In this document: one piece after another, positions 62,997 through 64,000 of the stretch
Layout of the letters: the number at the start of each line of letters is the position of its first letter
Position numbering within the stretch: position 1 is the stretch's first letter
NCBI GenBank assembly: GCA_010093815.1
Contig: ML996568.1
Length of the DNA stretch: 64,000 nucleotides
DNA from: Pseudovirgaria hyperparasitica
Lineage: Eukaryota
Reading direction: 5' to 3' (one strand)
Notes under the pieces: generated by a model
What the model saw: only the letters and a program-made list of their open reading frames with translations
Database searches by the model: none
Told to the model about the DNA's origin: nothing
Translations under genes and position numbers: made by a program

Positions 62997-63539
62997 GGGT
63001 TGAGTTCAGGCTTTGGACTGTTACATTTGTATATACTTGGAAGTCGTAATTAGACACATTTTGCTCGACAATCCCATTTCTCCTACGTCGGCGTCCGGAA
63101 CGTGCCCTTGCAAGTGGGGCCTGCTAAGTCTGATCATCGGCACCAACTAGCTTTATCCCGGTTAACACCCCAGTTCCCCCCGAGGATTCCTGGTTTCCAT
63201 CCGTCGCTTACTGAATTCTCGAGTCCAGTTTGTCGTTTAATTAGCTCTGCATTTACAGACACAAGGTCTTAGTGGAGCATTCGTGCGTATGCAAATCCGG
63301 CGTCTGCCGAGTCGCAAGAGTGAAACTGTTGTTCCCCTGTGCCGTCAGATAGATGTGGCACATGATTCCCGAGTACATTGCTGACATAGAAGCCTTGGGC
63401 AGTGACCATTGCAACAAAGCTTATACTATTATGGACATTGGTATTGGTGCCTTCAGTGATTGGTAGGTGCGCGTAGTGGGTTCACAAGGTAGTCTATCAG
63501 TCGCGATGGCGAAGATGGATCCGGTTCGAAGGCTTAAGG

Positions 63540-64000
63540 AAGTTATCAAAACGCGTAGTTCCACATAGTTATTAGCTATAGATACTGATAACATTTCTTA
63601 CCTTATATGGCTTGCTAGAGATCTAACTACAGCGTGTCCTAGCTAGAATGAGCTAGTTGTCCTAGCTCTACATAGCCCTTGTAGCTTACTTATAGCTAAT
63701 ATAACGGTGGTGCAGAAGGTCCAGGATAGTGCTTAGATTAATCCAACAATTATCTGGCTATGAAGAATAGAAGGTGGCAGTATAACTCCGTAGATATGCA
63801 AGTGAGCACTAAACGAGGCCACGTAACGGACCGGTGATTGCCGAAGGAGCATGCTCATGGGCATGGCGACTTCGAATCGTGGCAAATAGCGAACTAAAAA
63901 TATCTACTTAGGCTATAAATTAGTAGCACTTAACCTACGAGATTATTCTAGAAATTATAGCTACTAATAGAACGCTCTGGTCAAGAACTTTTTCATTGAT
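63540..64000. repeat. AT/TpA-rich, probably RIP-degraded repeat remnant running off the window
   Basis: Frequent TAG/CTA/TATA and no ORF of 60 aa or more. No transposon protein recognisable. Confidence 0.4.

Overview
Eukaryotic DNA from a filamentous ascomycete (Pezizomycotina; short GT-AG introns with CTRAC branch points and RIP-like relics). No rRNA, tRNA or CRISPR features were recognised. About 1-15.5 kb is gene-poor: three uncharacterised genes, a RIP-damaged Ty1/copia reverse transcriptase relic missed by the ORF track (1784-2100, - strand), and about 11 kb of microsatellite-dense DNA. About 16-63 kb is gene-dense: a ~2000-aa coiled-coil protein, a small single-pass membrane protein, head-to-head IND1/BFR2, a GH78 alpha-L-rhamnosidase with an apparent 1-nt frameshift, a multipass membrane protein, a signal-peptide-bearing epoxide hydrolase, a 13-exon DHA1-type MFS transporter, acuK/ERT1, FMN1, two hypothetical ORFs, DUG2, another hypothetical gene and a CYP65-like P450. 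The most interesting signals are non-coding. The long introns of the MFS gene are structured (a nested stem with a GNRA tetraloop whose closing helix overlaps the branch point) and share complementary motifs. The ~1.07 kb upstream of acuK is almost ATG-free except for two overlapping uORFs. Three GC-AG introns occur among about 43 introns. All exon structures were derived by hand and need RNA-seq confirmation.
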